A stretch of 64,000 nt of DNA from Mytilus californianus (Eukaryota). The notes beneath the pieces were generated by a model. It did not search any database. It was not told where the DNA came from and was given only the letters and a program-made list of their open reading frames with translations. The stretch lies in NCBI RefSeq assembly GCF_021869535.1, contig NW_026262712.1, positions 27,404,001 through 27,468,000 on the forward strand, read 5' to 3'. The first letter of the stretch is position 1; the number at the start of each line of letters is the position of its first letter. Below are positions 1 through 12,287 of this stretch, in pieces. A program made the position numbers and the translations under genes.

Positions 1-306
1 GTGCAAAGCGAAGATTTTGGTTTAATCAGGGTCACAAAGCATACAATTTTATTTGGCTGGATTTCAGGACATGTTTGGTTTAGACAGGTTCTCGGTTTAT
101 GCAAGATTCGGTTTAGTTTTCTAGGATATTTTAGTTCTTGTTGTAATGGAACGCCTTACATGCACTCCACCTCGAGATATTTTGCATCCGGGTTTACAAT
201 TATTACTTATACATAACAGTGAACTATTTTAGTTAACTTCTAAAAGTCATATAAAAATATCACTGAAAATTAAGGTGCAGGTGGTACATGTATTTTGAGG
301 AACTGA

Positions 307-1620
307 TTTTTAGCTCACCTGACCTGAAAGGTCAAGTGAGCTTTTCTCATCACTTTGCGTCCGTCGTCCGTCGTCCTGCGTCCGTCGTCCGTCGTCCGTA
401 AACTTTTACAAAAATCTTCTCCTCTGAAACTACTGGGCCAAATTTGACCAAACTTGGCCACAATCATCATTGGGGTATCTAGTTTAAAAAATGTGTCCGA
501 TGACCCCGCCAACCAACCAAGATGGCCGCCATGGCTAAAAATAGAACATAGGGGTAAAATGTAGATTTTGGCTTATATCACTGAAACCAAAGAATTTAGA
601 GTAGATCTGACATGGGATAAAATTGTTTATCAGGTCAAGATCTATCTGCCCTGAAATTTTCAGATGAATCGGACAACCCGTTGTTGGGTTGCTGCCCCTG
701 AATTGGTAATTTTAAGGAAATTTTGCCGTTTTTGGTTATTATCTTGAATATTATTATAGATAGAGATAAACTATAAACAGCAATAATGTTCAGCAAAGTA
801 TGATCTACAAATAAGTCAACTTGACCAAAATGGTCAGTTGACCCCTTAAGGAGTTATTGCCCTTTATAGTCAATTTTTAACCATTTTTCGTAAATTTTTG
901 TAATCTTTTACAAAAATCTTCTCCTCTGAAACTACTAAGACAAATTTAACCAAAATTGTCCACAATCATCATTAGGGTATCTAGTTTAAAAAATGTGTCC
1001 GATGACCCTGCCCGCAAACCAAGATGGCCGACATGGCAAAAAAATAATACATAGGGTAAAATGCAGTTTTTGGCTCATATCTCTGAAACCAAAGCATTTA
1101 GAGCAAATCTGATGGTATAAAATTGTTCATTAGGTCAAGATCTATCTGCCCTGAAATTTTCAGACCAATCAGGCAACATGTTGTTGGGTTGCTGCCCCTG
1201 AATTGGTAATTTTAAGAAAATTTTGCAGCGTTTGGTTATTATCTTGAATATTATTATAGATCGAGATAAACTGTAAACAGCAATAATGTACAGCAAAGTT
1301 AGATCTACTAATTAGTCAAGATGACCAAAATTGTCAATTGACCCCTTAAGGAGTTATTGCCCTTTATAGTAAATTTTTTACAATTTTCATAAATTTTGTA
1401 AATTTTTGTAAATTTTTACAAAATATTTTCCACTGTAACTACTGGGCCAAGTTCATTATAGATAGAGATAATAGTAAGGAGCAAGAATGTTCAGTAAAGT
1501 AAGATCTACAAACACATCACCATTACCAAAACACAATTTTGTCATGAATCCATCTGTGTCCATTGTTTAATATGCACATAGACCAAGGTGAGCGACACAG
1601 GCTCTTTAGAGCCTCTAGTT
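307..1620 (+). mobile_element. Non-autonomous Helentron-associated element (HINE / pearl-like) with ~500-bp internal tandem core
   Basis: 5' hairpin AGCTCACCTGACCTGAAAGGTCAAGTGAGCT after a T-run; GTCC/GTC microsatellite (~360-400); core repeat starts at 404, 906 and partially ~1414; 3' subTIR AGGTGAGCG followed by stem-loop AGGCTC-TTTA-GAGCCT and TT at 1619-1620. Related copies at 9289-10344 (-) and 46133-47185 (+). Confidence 0.75.
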
Positions 1621-2605
1621 AATGGTTACCAAGCTCAATAAAACAACTGTCAAACAAGCACAGTAAATTCAAACGTGTTCATTCTTCCCGTGAGAGTGAA
1701 TGGCAAAGCTGACACTTTTGAAAAGTTGGTATTAAATCAGATATTGGACATTTGATGGCATGTCCTTCCAAATGTAGTGTAATTGGTTTACATGCATTTA
1801 ACTAGCCTTGCAAAACCTCAGGAAGGCAAAATTAGGGCCTATGGGTAATTTAATTGTTTAAACTAATATCAATAAAATAAATCGATAACACAATAAAATG
1901 TTATTACATCATCGAGCGAATTTTGACTGTTTCAGATTTTATCAGCCATTCACAACAATTACTTTTCATGTACACTTTTACAAATATTACCCAGAATGCA
2001 TTAAGATTCGGCGAATTGTAACAAGTATTACATTTAAATGCCATAGTTATTTAATATTGGAATTCTCGCAGACAATCAGTATTCATTACAAATTTACAAT
2101 AGAATGTATATTCGATAGAGCATAGACTGAATCAGTAACTTAACTAAGGAAGTTGATGTTTCAGTTAGAAGTGCTACAATATCCCTAGTTAAATAACACA
2201 TAACAAAAGATAACTGAACACGTTTATGGGGAATTTAAGCCATGTATAATCAAGTAAAATTTGAAAGAATTATTTAGCTTGTTTGGTAATTAACAAAGAG
2301 ATGAAGGTGATATGCAGATTTCATAGACTATAATTTGCGGCTGAACGTCAAACAGCCAACCATCACTATCATAACCATCGAAGACTTTATCCATTCATCA
2401 TCACATATTTCTTTATATTTAGCTATCACATTATTATTTATAATATCCATACAGTCTTTATTATAACTATTTAAACTTTTGTTTCAAGTACCATAAATTA
2501 ACCAAAGTATAGAGTTATTAACTCTATCAAGAGAGACATGGAATTGTAAAGTAATCAAGAGTAAAACTCACATGAATGTACTATGTATTAACGCCACACA
2601 TATTG

Positions 2606-2760
2606 TTATGCCCCAGCCGTAGTCAACGGGGGTTGGGGGCATTAAGTGTTACCCTTGACCGTCCGTCAATCCGTCTTGCCGTCTTTTCGGCCGTCCGTCC
2701 GTCCCATTTTCGTTTGTTTGTAGCTTGAATGGGGGCATTTTTGTCCTCGGACACATTCTT
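2606..2760 (+). mobile_element. Short degenerate HINE-type head (second copy ~7483-7637)
   Basis: TTATGCCCC...GGGGCATTAAGTGTTACCCTTG followed by a GTCC-like microsatellite; no clear 3' end. Confidence 0.4.
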
Positions 2761-3689
2761 TTTAATTTTTTATTTTAAAATATTTCTTCCTATGTTTGTG
2801 TCATAACCCAAACCTTTGCAAAATGACGCAAAATTTTGCGAAATAAGACAGACATTTTGATTTTTATTATAATTCATTAAGATTTGTTTATTTTATGACT
2901 TTATTGAATTTACATTTCAAATTTTTTTTTATAATATGAATCGTAGTATTTTGTAAATATTTCATTTGCATGCCAGTGTACCAGTAAAATTTGGTTGTGA
3001 TTTAGTTAATATAAGTACCAAGTCATTATAATTAAGATACTTATAAATAAAGGAATACTTGTGTCGCATTTATTCACAAATAAAGAATAATTGTATATCA
3101 GAAAATTATATAAATTTAACATGAAAATAGATATTTGGTAATGAGCAATTTTCAATGGAACGGACAGGATTTTGAAAATTTTGATTAACGGAATGTGGCA
3201 AAGCAGAGATCCGCAAAACAAAACAAAAAAATAAAAGTCAAATAGACAAAATGATCTTACGGCTTTAAAATGAATTATTTAAAATGACAAATTTTGAATT
3301 TTGATGTAAGAAAGCGTTATTTTGAAATCTCAAAATACGATAAAGATTCTTCGACAGAAAATCAAGGGGTTATACATTTCAGTCTAGTAAAGGATCTTTT
3401 TTCCACGGTAGCAATTTGAATGTAAAATACATAATAGTAATAATAATAAAAATTAAAAAAAACTTTATCTTGTTCATTTATCTCATGAGCATAGCTTGTT
3501 TGGATCTAACTAACCTTACAAAGGCTCAAACGATCGCTTACTTTTGAAGTATATAAAACTCGGCTACATTAACAGGGTAGGGTTTTAATTTACTTCGGTA
3601 CAATTTCAATTGATTTAATTTTCTTTGTAATGTTCTTCTACTCATCATTATTCAAGATTACATCTTTGTCTTTTTTGTTTTTGGGATGT

Positions 3690-4160
3690 ATAAATACCCT
3701 GGAACGTGCGGTCTGTGTTTTTGTTAGATGTTTTTTCTGCTTTGTATCGATCTGATGAGTTGAGCCCTTTTCAACGGATTCTTATAGTTTGTTCTTAGGT
3801 TGTACTGTTACACCACTGCCCCAGGTTAGGGGGGAGGGTTTGGCAAAAGCAAACTAGGTTATCCCCGCCACATTTTGTATGTGTCTGTCGCAAGTCAGGA
3901 GCCTGTAATTCAGTGGTTGTCGTTTGTTGCTGTATATCATATTTGTATATCGTTCATTGTTTTGTACATAAATCAGGCCGTTAGTTTTCTCGTTTCAATT
4001 GTTTTACATTTTTCATTTCGGGGTCTTTTTGTAGCCGACTATGCGGTACGGGTTTTGCTCATTGTTGAAGGTCGTACGGTGATCTATAGTTTTTAACTTC
4101 TATGTCATTTGGCCTCTGGTGGAGAGTTGTCTCATTGGCACTCATATCAAATCTTCTCAT
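3690..4160. repeat. High-copy bivalve (Mytilus-type) interspersed repeat; copy at ~8567-9037, inverted copies at ~20222-20325 and ~48215-48700
   Basis: Shared motif GGAGAGTTGTCTCATTGGCA(A/C)TCATA and GAAGGTCGTACGGTGA(T/C)CTATAGTT found in both orientations within the window; family name not assignable from sequence. Confidence 0.6.
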
Positions 4161-4411
4161 TTTATAAACACTCAAGCATTTCTAACACATGTGCAAACAA
4201 TCTATTTAAATTAAAATGCATATCTATATTTTTAACTCGCGTGCTCGTACATATACGATAACGAAATCAGAGATCTATAGTTTAATCAGATTGAAAGTGC
4301 AAAGAGGGATACAATGTAATACACGAAGCCTCCTCCATTAAAAACAGCTGATTTCCTTGAAACTTAAATAAGAAATAAGATAACACAAATGTTTGCACTA
4401 TAAATACAGAA

Positions 4412-5438
4412 AACTAAAGGCTCTCAAGAGCCTGTGTCGCTCATCTGTATTTACTGATGCTTTAGAAATCATGTAAAATAAGGTTAAAATCATAATTAAT
4501 AGTATTAGATATTAAAAATTATAATGATGTCTAAGATAATAACAAAAAACTGCAAAATGTTTGTAAAATTACTAACTCAGGGGCAGCAACCCAACAACGG
4601 GTTGTCGGATTCGTCTGAAAATTTCAGGGCAGATAAATCTTAATCTGATGAACATTTTTGCCACCTGTCAGATTTGCTCTAAATGCTTTAGTATCAGAGA
4701 TATAAACCAAAAACTGCATTTTACCCCTATGTTCTATTTTTAACCAAATTGGTCATCATGGTTGGAAGGCGGGGTCATTGGACAAATTTTTTAAACTAGA
4801 TACCCTAATAATGATATGGCCAAGTATGGTTAGATTTGTCTCAGTAGTTTCAGAGAAGAAGATTTTTGTAAAAGATTACAAAAATTTACGAAAAATTGTT
4901 AATAATTGACTATTAAGGGCAATAACTCCTAAAGGGTTCGACTGAAAATTTTGGTCATGACAACCTATTTGTAGATCTTACTTTGCTGAACATTATTGCT
5001 GTTAACAGTTTATCTCTATCTATAATAATATTCAAGATAATAACCAAAAACTGCAAAATTTCCTTAAAATTACCAATTCAGGGGCAGCAACCCAACAACA
5101 GGTTGTCAGATTTGTCTTAAAATTTCAGGACAGATAGATCTTGACCTGATAATCAGTTTTACCTAATGTCAGATCTACTCTAAATTCTTTGGTTTCAGAG
5201 ATATAAGCCAAAATCTACATTTTCCCCCTATGTTCTATTTTTAGCCATGGCGGCCATCTTGGTTAGTTGGCGGGGTCATCGGATACATTTGTTAAACTAG
5301 ATACCCTAATGATGATTGTGGCCAAGTTTGGTTAAATTTGGCCCAGTGGTTTCAGAGGAGAAGATTTTTGTAAAAAGCTAACGACGACGGACGACGACGA
5401 CGACGGACGACGGACGCCAAGTGATGAGAAAAGCTCAC
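4412..5438 (-). mobile_element. HINE element, minus strand, cut at its 5' hairpin by the duplication junction
   Basis: Reverse complement of the 46133-47185 element (AACTAAAGGCTCTCAAGAGCCTGTGTCGCTC ... GACG microsatellite ... GAGAAAAGCTCAC). Confidence 0.75.
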
Positions 5439-6497
5439 TAGATTTTGGCTTATATCACTGAAACCAAAGAATTTAAAGTAGATCTGACATGGGATAAAAT
5501 TGTTTATCAGGTCAAGATCTATCTGCCCTGAAATTTTCAGATGAATCGGACAACCCGTTGTTGGGTTGCTGCCCCTGAATTGGTAATTTTAAGGAAATTT
5601 TGCCGTTTTTGGTTATTATCTTGAATATTATTATAGATAGAGATAAACTATAAACAGCAATAATGTTCAGCAAAGTATGATCTACAAATAAGTCAACTTG
5701 ACCAAAATGGTTAGTTGACCCCTTAAGGAGTTATTGCCCTTTATAGTCAATTTTTAACCATTTTTCGTAAATTTTTGTAATCTTTTACAAAAATCTTCTC
5801 CTCTGAAACTACTAAGACAAATTTAACCAAAATTGTCCACAATCATCATTAGGGTATCTAGTTTAAAAAATGTGTCCGATGACCCTGCCCGCAAACCAAG
5901 ATGGCCGACATGGCAAAAAAAAAATACATAGGGTAAAATGCAGTTTTTGGCTCATATCTCTGAAACCAAAGCATTTAGAGCAAATCTGATGGTATAAAAT
6001 TGTTCATTAGGTCAAGATCTATCTGCCCTGAAATTTTCAGACCAATCAGGCAACATGTTGTTGGGTTGCTGCCCCTGAATTGGTAATTTTAAGAAAATTT
6101 TGCAGCGTTTGGTTATTATCTTGAATATTATTATAGATCGAGATAAACTGTAAACAGCAATAATGTACAGCAAAGTTAGATCTACTAATTAGTCAAGATG
6201 ACCAAAATTGTCAATTGACCCCTTAAGGAGTTATTGCCCTTTATAGTCAATTTTTTACAATTTTCATAAATTTTGTAAATTTTTGTAAATTTTTACAAAA
6301 TATTTTCCACTGTAACTACTGGGCCAAGTTCATTATAGATAGAGATAATAGTAAGGAGCAAGAATGTTCAGTAAAGTAAGATCTACTAACACATCACTTT
6401 TACCAAAACACAATTTTGTCATGAATCCATCTGTGTCCATTGTTTAATATGCACATAGACCAAGGTGAGCGACACAGGCTCTTTAGAGCCTCTAGTT
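5439..6497 (+). mobile_element. 5'-truncated duplicate of the 307-1620 HINE
   Basis: Matches 562-1620 at offset 4877. Confidence 0.8.
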
Positions 6498-9288
6498 AAT
6501 GGTTACCAAGCTCAATAAAACAACTGTCAAACAAGCACAGTAAATTCAAACGTGTTCATTCTTCCCGTGAGAGTGAATGGCAAAGCTGACACTTTTGAAA
6601 AGTTGGTATTAAATCAGATATTGGACATTTGATGGCATGTCCTTCCAAATGTAGTGTAATTGGTTTACATGCATTTAACTAGCCTTGCAAAACCTCAGGA
6701 AGGCAAAATTAGGGCCTATGGGTAATTTAATTGTTTAAACTAATATCAATAAAATAAATCGATAACACAATAAAATGTTATTACATCATCGAGCGAATTT
6801 TGACTGTTTCAGATTTTATCAGCCATTCACAACAATTACTTTTCATGTACACTTTTACAAATATTACCCAGAATGCATTAAGATTCCGCGAATTGTAACA
6901 AGTATTACATTTAAATGCCATAGTTATTTAATATTGGAATTCTCGCAGACAATCAGTATTCATTACAAATTTACAATAGAATGTATATTCGATAGAGCAT
7001 AGACTGAATCAGTAACTTAACTAAGGAAGTTGATGTTTCAGTTAGAAGTGCTACAATATCACTAGTTAAATAACACATAACAAAAGATAACTGAACACTT
7101 TTATGGGGAATTTAAGCCATGTATAATCAAGTAAAATTTGAAAGAATTATTGAGCTTGTTTGGTAATTAACAAAGAGATGAAGGTGATATGCAGATTTCA
7201 TAGACTATAATTTGCGGCTGAACGTCAAACAGCCAACCATCACTATCATAACCATCGAAGACTTTATCCATTCATCATCACATATTTCTTTATATTTAGC
7301 TATCACATTATTATTTATAATATCCATACAGTCTTTATTATAACTATTTAAACTTTTGTTTCAAGTACCATAAATTAACCAAAGTATAGAGTTATTAACT
7401 CTATCAAGAGAGACATGGAATTGTAAAGTAATCAAGAGTAAAACTCACATGAATGTACTATGTATTAACGCCACACATATTGTTATGCCCCAGCCGTAGT
7501 CAACGGGGGTTGGGGGCATTAAGTGTTACCCTTGACCGTCCGTCAATCCGTCTTGCCGTCTTTTCGGCCGTCCGTCCGTCCCATTTTCGTTTGTTTGTAG
7601 CTTGAATGGGGGCATTTTTGTCCTCGGACACATTCTTTTTAATTTTTTATTTTAAAATATTTCTTCCTATGTTTGTGTCATAACCCAAACCTTTGCAAAA
7701 TGACGCAAAATTTTGCGAAATAAGACAGACATTTTGATTTTTATTATAATTCATTAAGATTTGTTTATTTTATGACTTTATTGAATTTACATTTCAAAAT
7801 TTTTTTTATAATATGAATCGTAGTATTTTGTAAATATTTCATTTGCATGCCAGTGTACCAGTAAAATTTGGTTGTGATTTAGTTAATATAAGTACCAAGT
7901 CATTATAATTAAGATACTTATAAATAAAGGAATACTTGTGTCGCATTTATTCACAAATAAAGAATAATTGTATATCAGAAAATTATATAAATTTAACATG
8001 AAAATAGATATTTGGTAATGAGCAATTTTCAATGGAACGGACAGGATTTTGAAAATTTTGATTAACGGAATGTGGCAAAGCAGAGATCCGCAAAACAAAA
8101 CAAAAAAATAAAAGTCAAATAGACAAAATGATCTTACGGCTTTAAAATGAATTATTTAAAATGACAAATTTTGAATTTTGATGTAAGAAAGCGTTATTTT
8201 GAAATCTCAAAATACGATAAAGATTCTTCGACAGAAAATCAAGGGGTTATACATTTCAGTCTAGTAAAGGATCTTTTTTCCACGGTAGCAATTTGAATGT
8301 AAAATACATAATAGTAATAATAATAAAAATTAAAAAAAACTTTATCTTGTTCATTTATCTCATGAGCATAGCTTGTTTGGATCTAACTAACCTTACAAAG
8401 GCTCAAACGATCGCTTACTTTTGAAGTATATAAAACTCGGCTACATTAACAGGGTAGGGTTTTAATTTACTTCGGTACAATTTCAATTGATTTAATTTTC
8501 TTTGTAATGTTCTTCTACTCATCATTATTCAAGATTACATCTTTGTCTTTTTTGTTTTTGGGATGTATAAATACCCTGGAACGTGCGGTCTGTGTTTTTG
8601 TTAGATGTTTTTTCTGCTTTGTATCGATCTGATGAGTTGAGCCCTTTTCAACGGATTCTTATAGTTTGTTCTTAGGTTGTACTGTTACACCACTGCCCCA
8701 GGTTAGGGGGGAGGGTTTGGCAAAAGCAAACTAGGTTATCCCCGCCACATTTTGTATGTGTCTGTCGCAAGTCAGGAGCCTGTAATTCAGTGGTTGTCGT
8801 TTGTTGCTGTATATCATATTTGTATATCGTTCATTGTTTTGTACATAAATCAGGCCGTTAGTTTTCTCGTTTCAATTGTTTTACATTTTTCATTTCGGGG
8901 TCTTTTTGTAGCCGACTATGCGGTACGGGTTTTGCTCATTGTTGAAGGTCGTACGGTGATCTATAGTTTTTAACTTCTATGTCATTTGGCCTCTGGTGGA
9001 GAGTTGTCTCATTGGCACTCATATCAAATCTTCTCATTTTATAAACACTCAAGCATTTCTAACACATGTGCAAACAATCTATTTAAATTAAAATGCATAT
9101 CTATATTTTTAACTCGCGTGTTCGTACATATACGATAACGAAATCAGAGATCTATAGTTTAATCAGATTGAAAGTGCAAAGAGGGATACAATGTAATACA
9201 CGAAGCCTCCTCCATTAAAAACAGCTGATTTCCTTGAAACTTAAATAAGAAATAAGATAACACAAATGTTTGCACTATAAATACAGAA

Positions 9289-10344
9289 AACTAAAGGCTC
9301 TCAAGAGCCTGTGTCGCTCATCTGTATTTACTGATGCTTTAGAAATCATGTAAAATAAGGTTAAAATCATAATTAATAGTATTAGATATTAAAAATTATA
9401 ATGATGTCTAAGATAATAACAAAAAACTGCAAAATGTTTGTAAAATTACTAACTCAGGGGCAGCAACCCAACAACGGGTTGTCGGATTCGTCTGAAAATT
9501 TCAGGGCAGATAAATCTTAATCTGATGAACATTTTTGCCACCTGTCAGATTTGCTCTAAATGCTTTAGTATCAGAGATATAAACCAAAAACTGCATTTTA
9601 CCCCTATGTTCTATTTTTAACCAAATTGGTCATCATGGTTGGAAGGCGGGGTCATTGGACAAATTTTTTAAACTAGATACCCTAATAATGATATGGCCAA
9701 GTATGGTTAGATTTGTCTCAGTAGTTTCAGAGAAGAAGATTTTTGTAAAAGATTACAAAAATTTACGAAAAATTGTTAATAATTGACTATTAAGGGCAAT
9801 AACTCCTAAAGGGTTCGACTGAAAATTTTGGTCATGACAACCTATTTGTAGATCTTACTTTGCTGAACATTATTGCTGTTAACAGTTTATCTCTATCTAT
9901 AATAATATTCAAGATAATAACCAAAAACTGCAAAATTTCCTTAAAATTACCAATTCAGGGGCAGCAACCCAACAACAGGTTGTCAGATTTGTCTTAAAAT
10001 TTCAGGACAGATAGATCTTGACCTGATAATCAGTTTTACCTAATGTCAGATCTACTCTAAATTCTTTGGTTTCAGAGATATAAGCCAAAATCTACATTTT
10101 CCCCCTATGTTCTATTTTTAGCCATGGCGGCCATCTTGGTTAGTTGGCGGGGTCATCGGATACATTTGTTAAACTAGATACCCTAATGATGATTGTGGCC
10201 AAGTTTGGTTAAATTTGGCCCAGTGGTTTCAGAGGAGAAGATTTTTGTAAAAAGCTAACGACGACGGACGACGACGACAACGGACGACGGACGCCAAGTG
10301 ATGAGAAAAGCTCACTTGGTCTTTCAAGCCAGGTGAGCTAAAAA
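9289..10344 (-). mobile_element. Complete HINE element, minus strand
   Basis: Full 5' hairpin AGCTCACTTGGTCTTTCAAGCCAGGTGAGCT plus A-run at 10340-10344, GACG microsatellite, 3' stem-loop at ~9296-9312. Confidence 0.8.
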
Positions 10345-10744
10345 GCACAAGGCAACCGATGGGTCTTCAACGCAGCAAGAAAATCCAACACCCGGAAGCG
10401 GGCTTCAGCTGGCCCCTAAACCATAATGTATAAACATAGAAATATAAAATGTTAATAAAAATTAAAAGGTTACCCAAAGCAGTTGCACCTCCATTAATAA
10501 CAATTTGAATATGTGTACACTCTATCTGTCAAGTGTCAAGAATCGGATTAAAAACTGTAGTAGCAGCTGATTAAACAAATTAAATGTAGATAACGTCGTT
10601 TGTAAATTTTGCTAAAAAAAACTAATATGTTCCCAAGTCGAAAAATGACAAATATTCCTCAAACAGTTCCATAACAGCAGTTGCACAATTTCAATATGTG
10701 TGTAATGTATCAACACAGTTTCAAGGATCTGAGTGTAAAGACAA

Positions 10745-12165
10745 AGACAATTAATTAATGAAGGTCGTTCCACTTCTAAAGATTTATTTTGATATGAAAA
10801 TATTAAAATTCGGTTTAAAATGTCATTACAAATGATAGCTTATTGTTTGCTGATTCCAAAAATATATGGTTTCTATACAATTTTGTTTGAAATAACGGAG
10901 GTAATTTGATACTTCCGGTCTGAAAAAATGTCATTTCCGGTATTATTTGATAGTTTATTTGAAACTGCTTTCAAAAATATATTGTTCTATATACTTTTAC
11001 ATGAAATAAGTACAAAAATAGCCACTTCCGGTTTACACAAGGTCGACTTATGTTTTTTTTTCAAAGTCATATGGCTTGTTACCTAATGCACAAAGTTCTA
11101 TGGATTTGTGAAGTAAAAATGTGAATTTAGAGCAAAGGTCAAAATCTAGAACGTCAAATTTACATATGACCTTGACCTCAATTTCAAGGTCATAAACCAA
11201 GGACCTCAAATCAAAAGACACTAGGTCTTTATTATATATGATTAATGAGTTATATCATCATACGCATAATTTTAAATATAATAGGGGATACAACTGCCAT
11301 GTAATGTCAGCGTACTCTTTCAACCGAAATGTATGTGTTACGACATGTCCCAACTAACAATTTAGTTAAAATATGTTGTCGATATCTTATATGGTTTTTG
11401 AAAAGAAGTGAAAATAAGCCAAAATCAAAATTTAGAATATGACCTTGACCTTTGACCTTGACCTAATTTTGTTTTTTTTTCGGACCACGGACCTCAAATA
11501 AAAAACCCTAGGTCTCTATTACTTACGGGTTACCAGTTAGAAATGCATATCACTTATATCAAATGCATAAGGGGAAATAACTCTCATATGGAGTCTCCGG
11601 ATAGCTTCGGCCCAAATGGTCATCCTAATCCTGAAGATGTAACGAGCAATTTGGTAAAATAAATTTGTCGCTTTCTTTTACGGTTACGGAGGAGATCTCG
11701 GAACAATGAAAAGTCAAAATTTTGAACATGACCTTTGACCTTGACCTCAAATTTTTTTTATGAACCCAAGACCTCAAATACACGTACCTTAGGTCTGTAT
11801 TACTTACCATTTATGTGATACATTGACATATCACTTATGTCAAATTCAAAAGGGGAAATAACTGTCATATGTAGTCTACGAATTGATTCGGTTAAAATTT
11901 GACAAATCATCCTGAGGATATATCGAGAAATTCCACAAAGAAAACAGTGTTTGGGGAGATAACTCTTACAATAAAAAATCTTCGACTAAACAGGATCAGT
12001 CTCAAAAGCGCAACAACTGTTGGATATCATAGGCAAAAAATCTAAGAGACATCTTGCGAAACCACAAAACAAGTTTTTGAAATTTGGCGGAAGAAGAAAA
12101 CAAATTATCAGAACAAATACAATAGGTCTTTCCAAAAAATAGTGAAAAGTTCTAATAAATAAATG
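10745..12165 (-). mobile_element. HINE/satellite-like element with ~280-bp tandem core (GACCTTGACC motif)
   Basis: AAATTT..ATATGACCTT(T)GACCT recurs at ~11156, ~11428 and ~11718; imperfect terminal hairpin AATAGGTCTTTCCA...GAAAAGTTCTAATAA at ~12120-12160. Boundaries approximate. Confidence 0.5.
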
Positions 12166-12287
12166 CTCCAAACCCCTTTCCCCGCCTAAATAACATTTAG
12201 ACTTGAAATATACATGACTGTCTTGTGTATGCTTTTAATATATGAAGATATACCTTTTAAATTACACTTTTATCTAAATCTGGTATT

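Larger units (their letters stand above)
562..10315. repeat. Tandem segmental duplication, 2 x 4,877 bp (562-5438 and 5439-10315)
   Basis: Same sequence at a constant offset of 4877 (ORF pairs 1898/6775, 3006/7883, 3875/8752); junction AAGCTCAC|TAGATTTTGG at 5438/5439; only scattered substitutions (e.g. ATTCGGCG vs ATTCCGCG). Confidence 0.95.

Noticed and set aside
1898-8973. Duplicated 71-75-aa ORFs (1898/6775, 3006/7883, 3875/8752)
   Set aside because: Identical only because of the recent tandem duplication; no domain signal, and one lies in a high-copy repeat.
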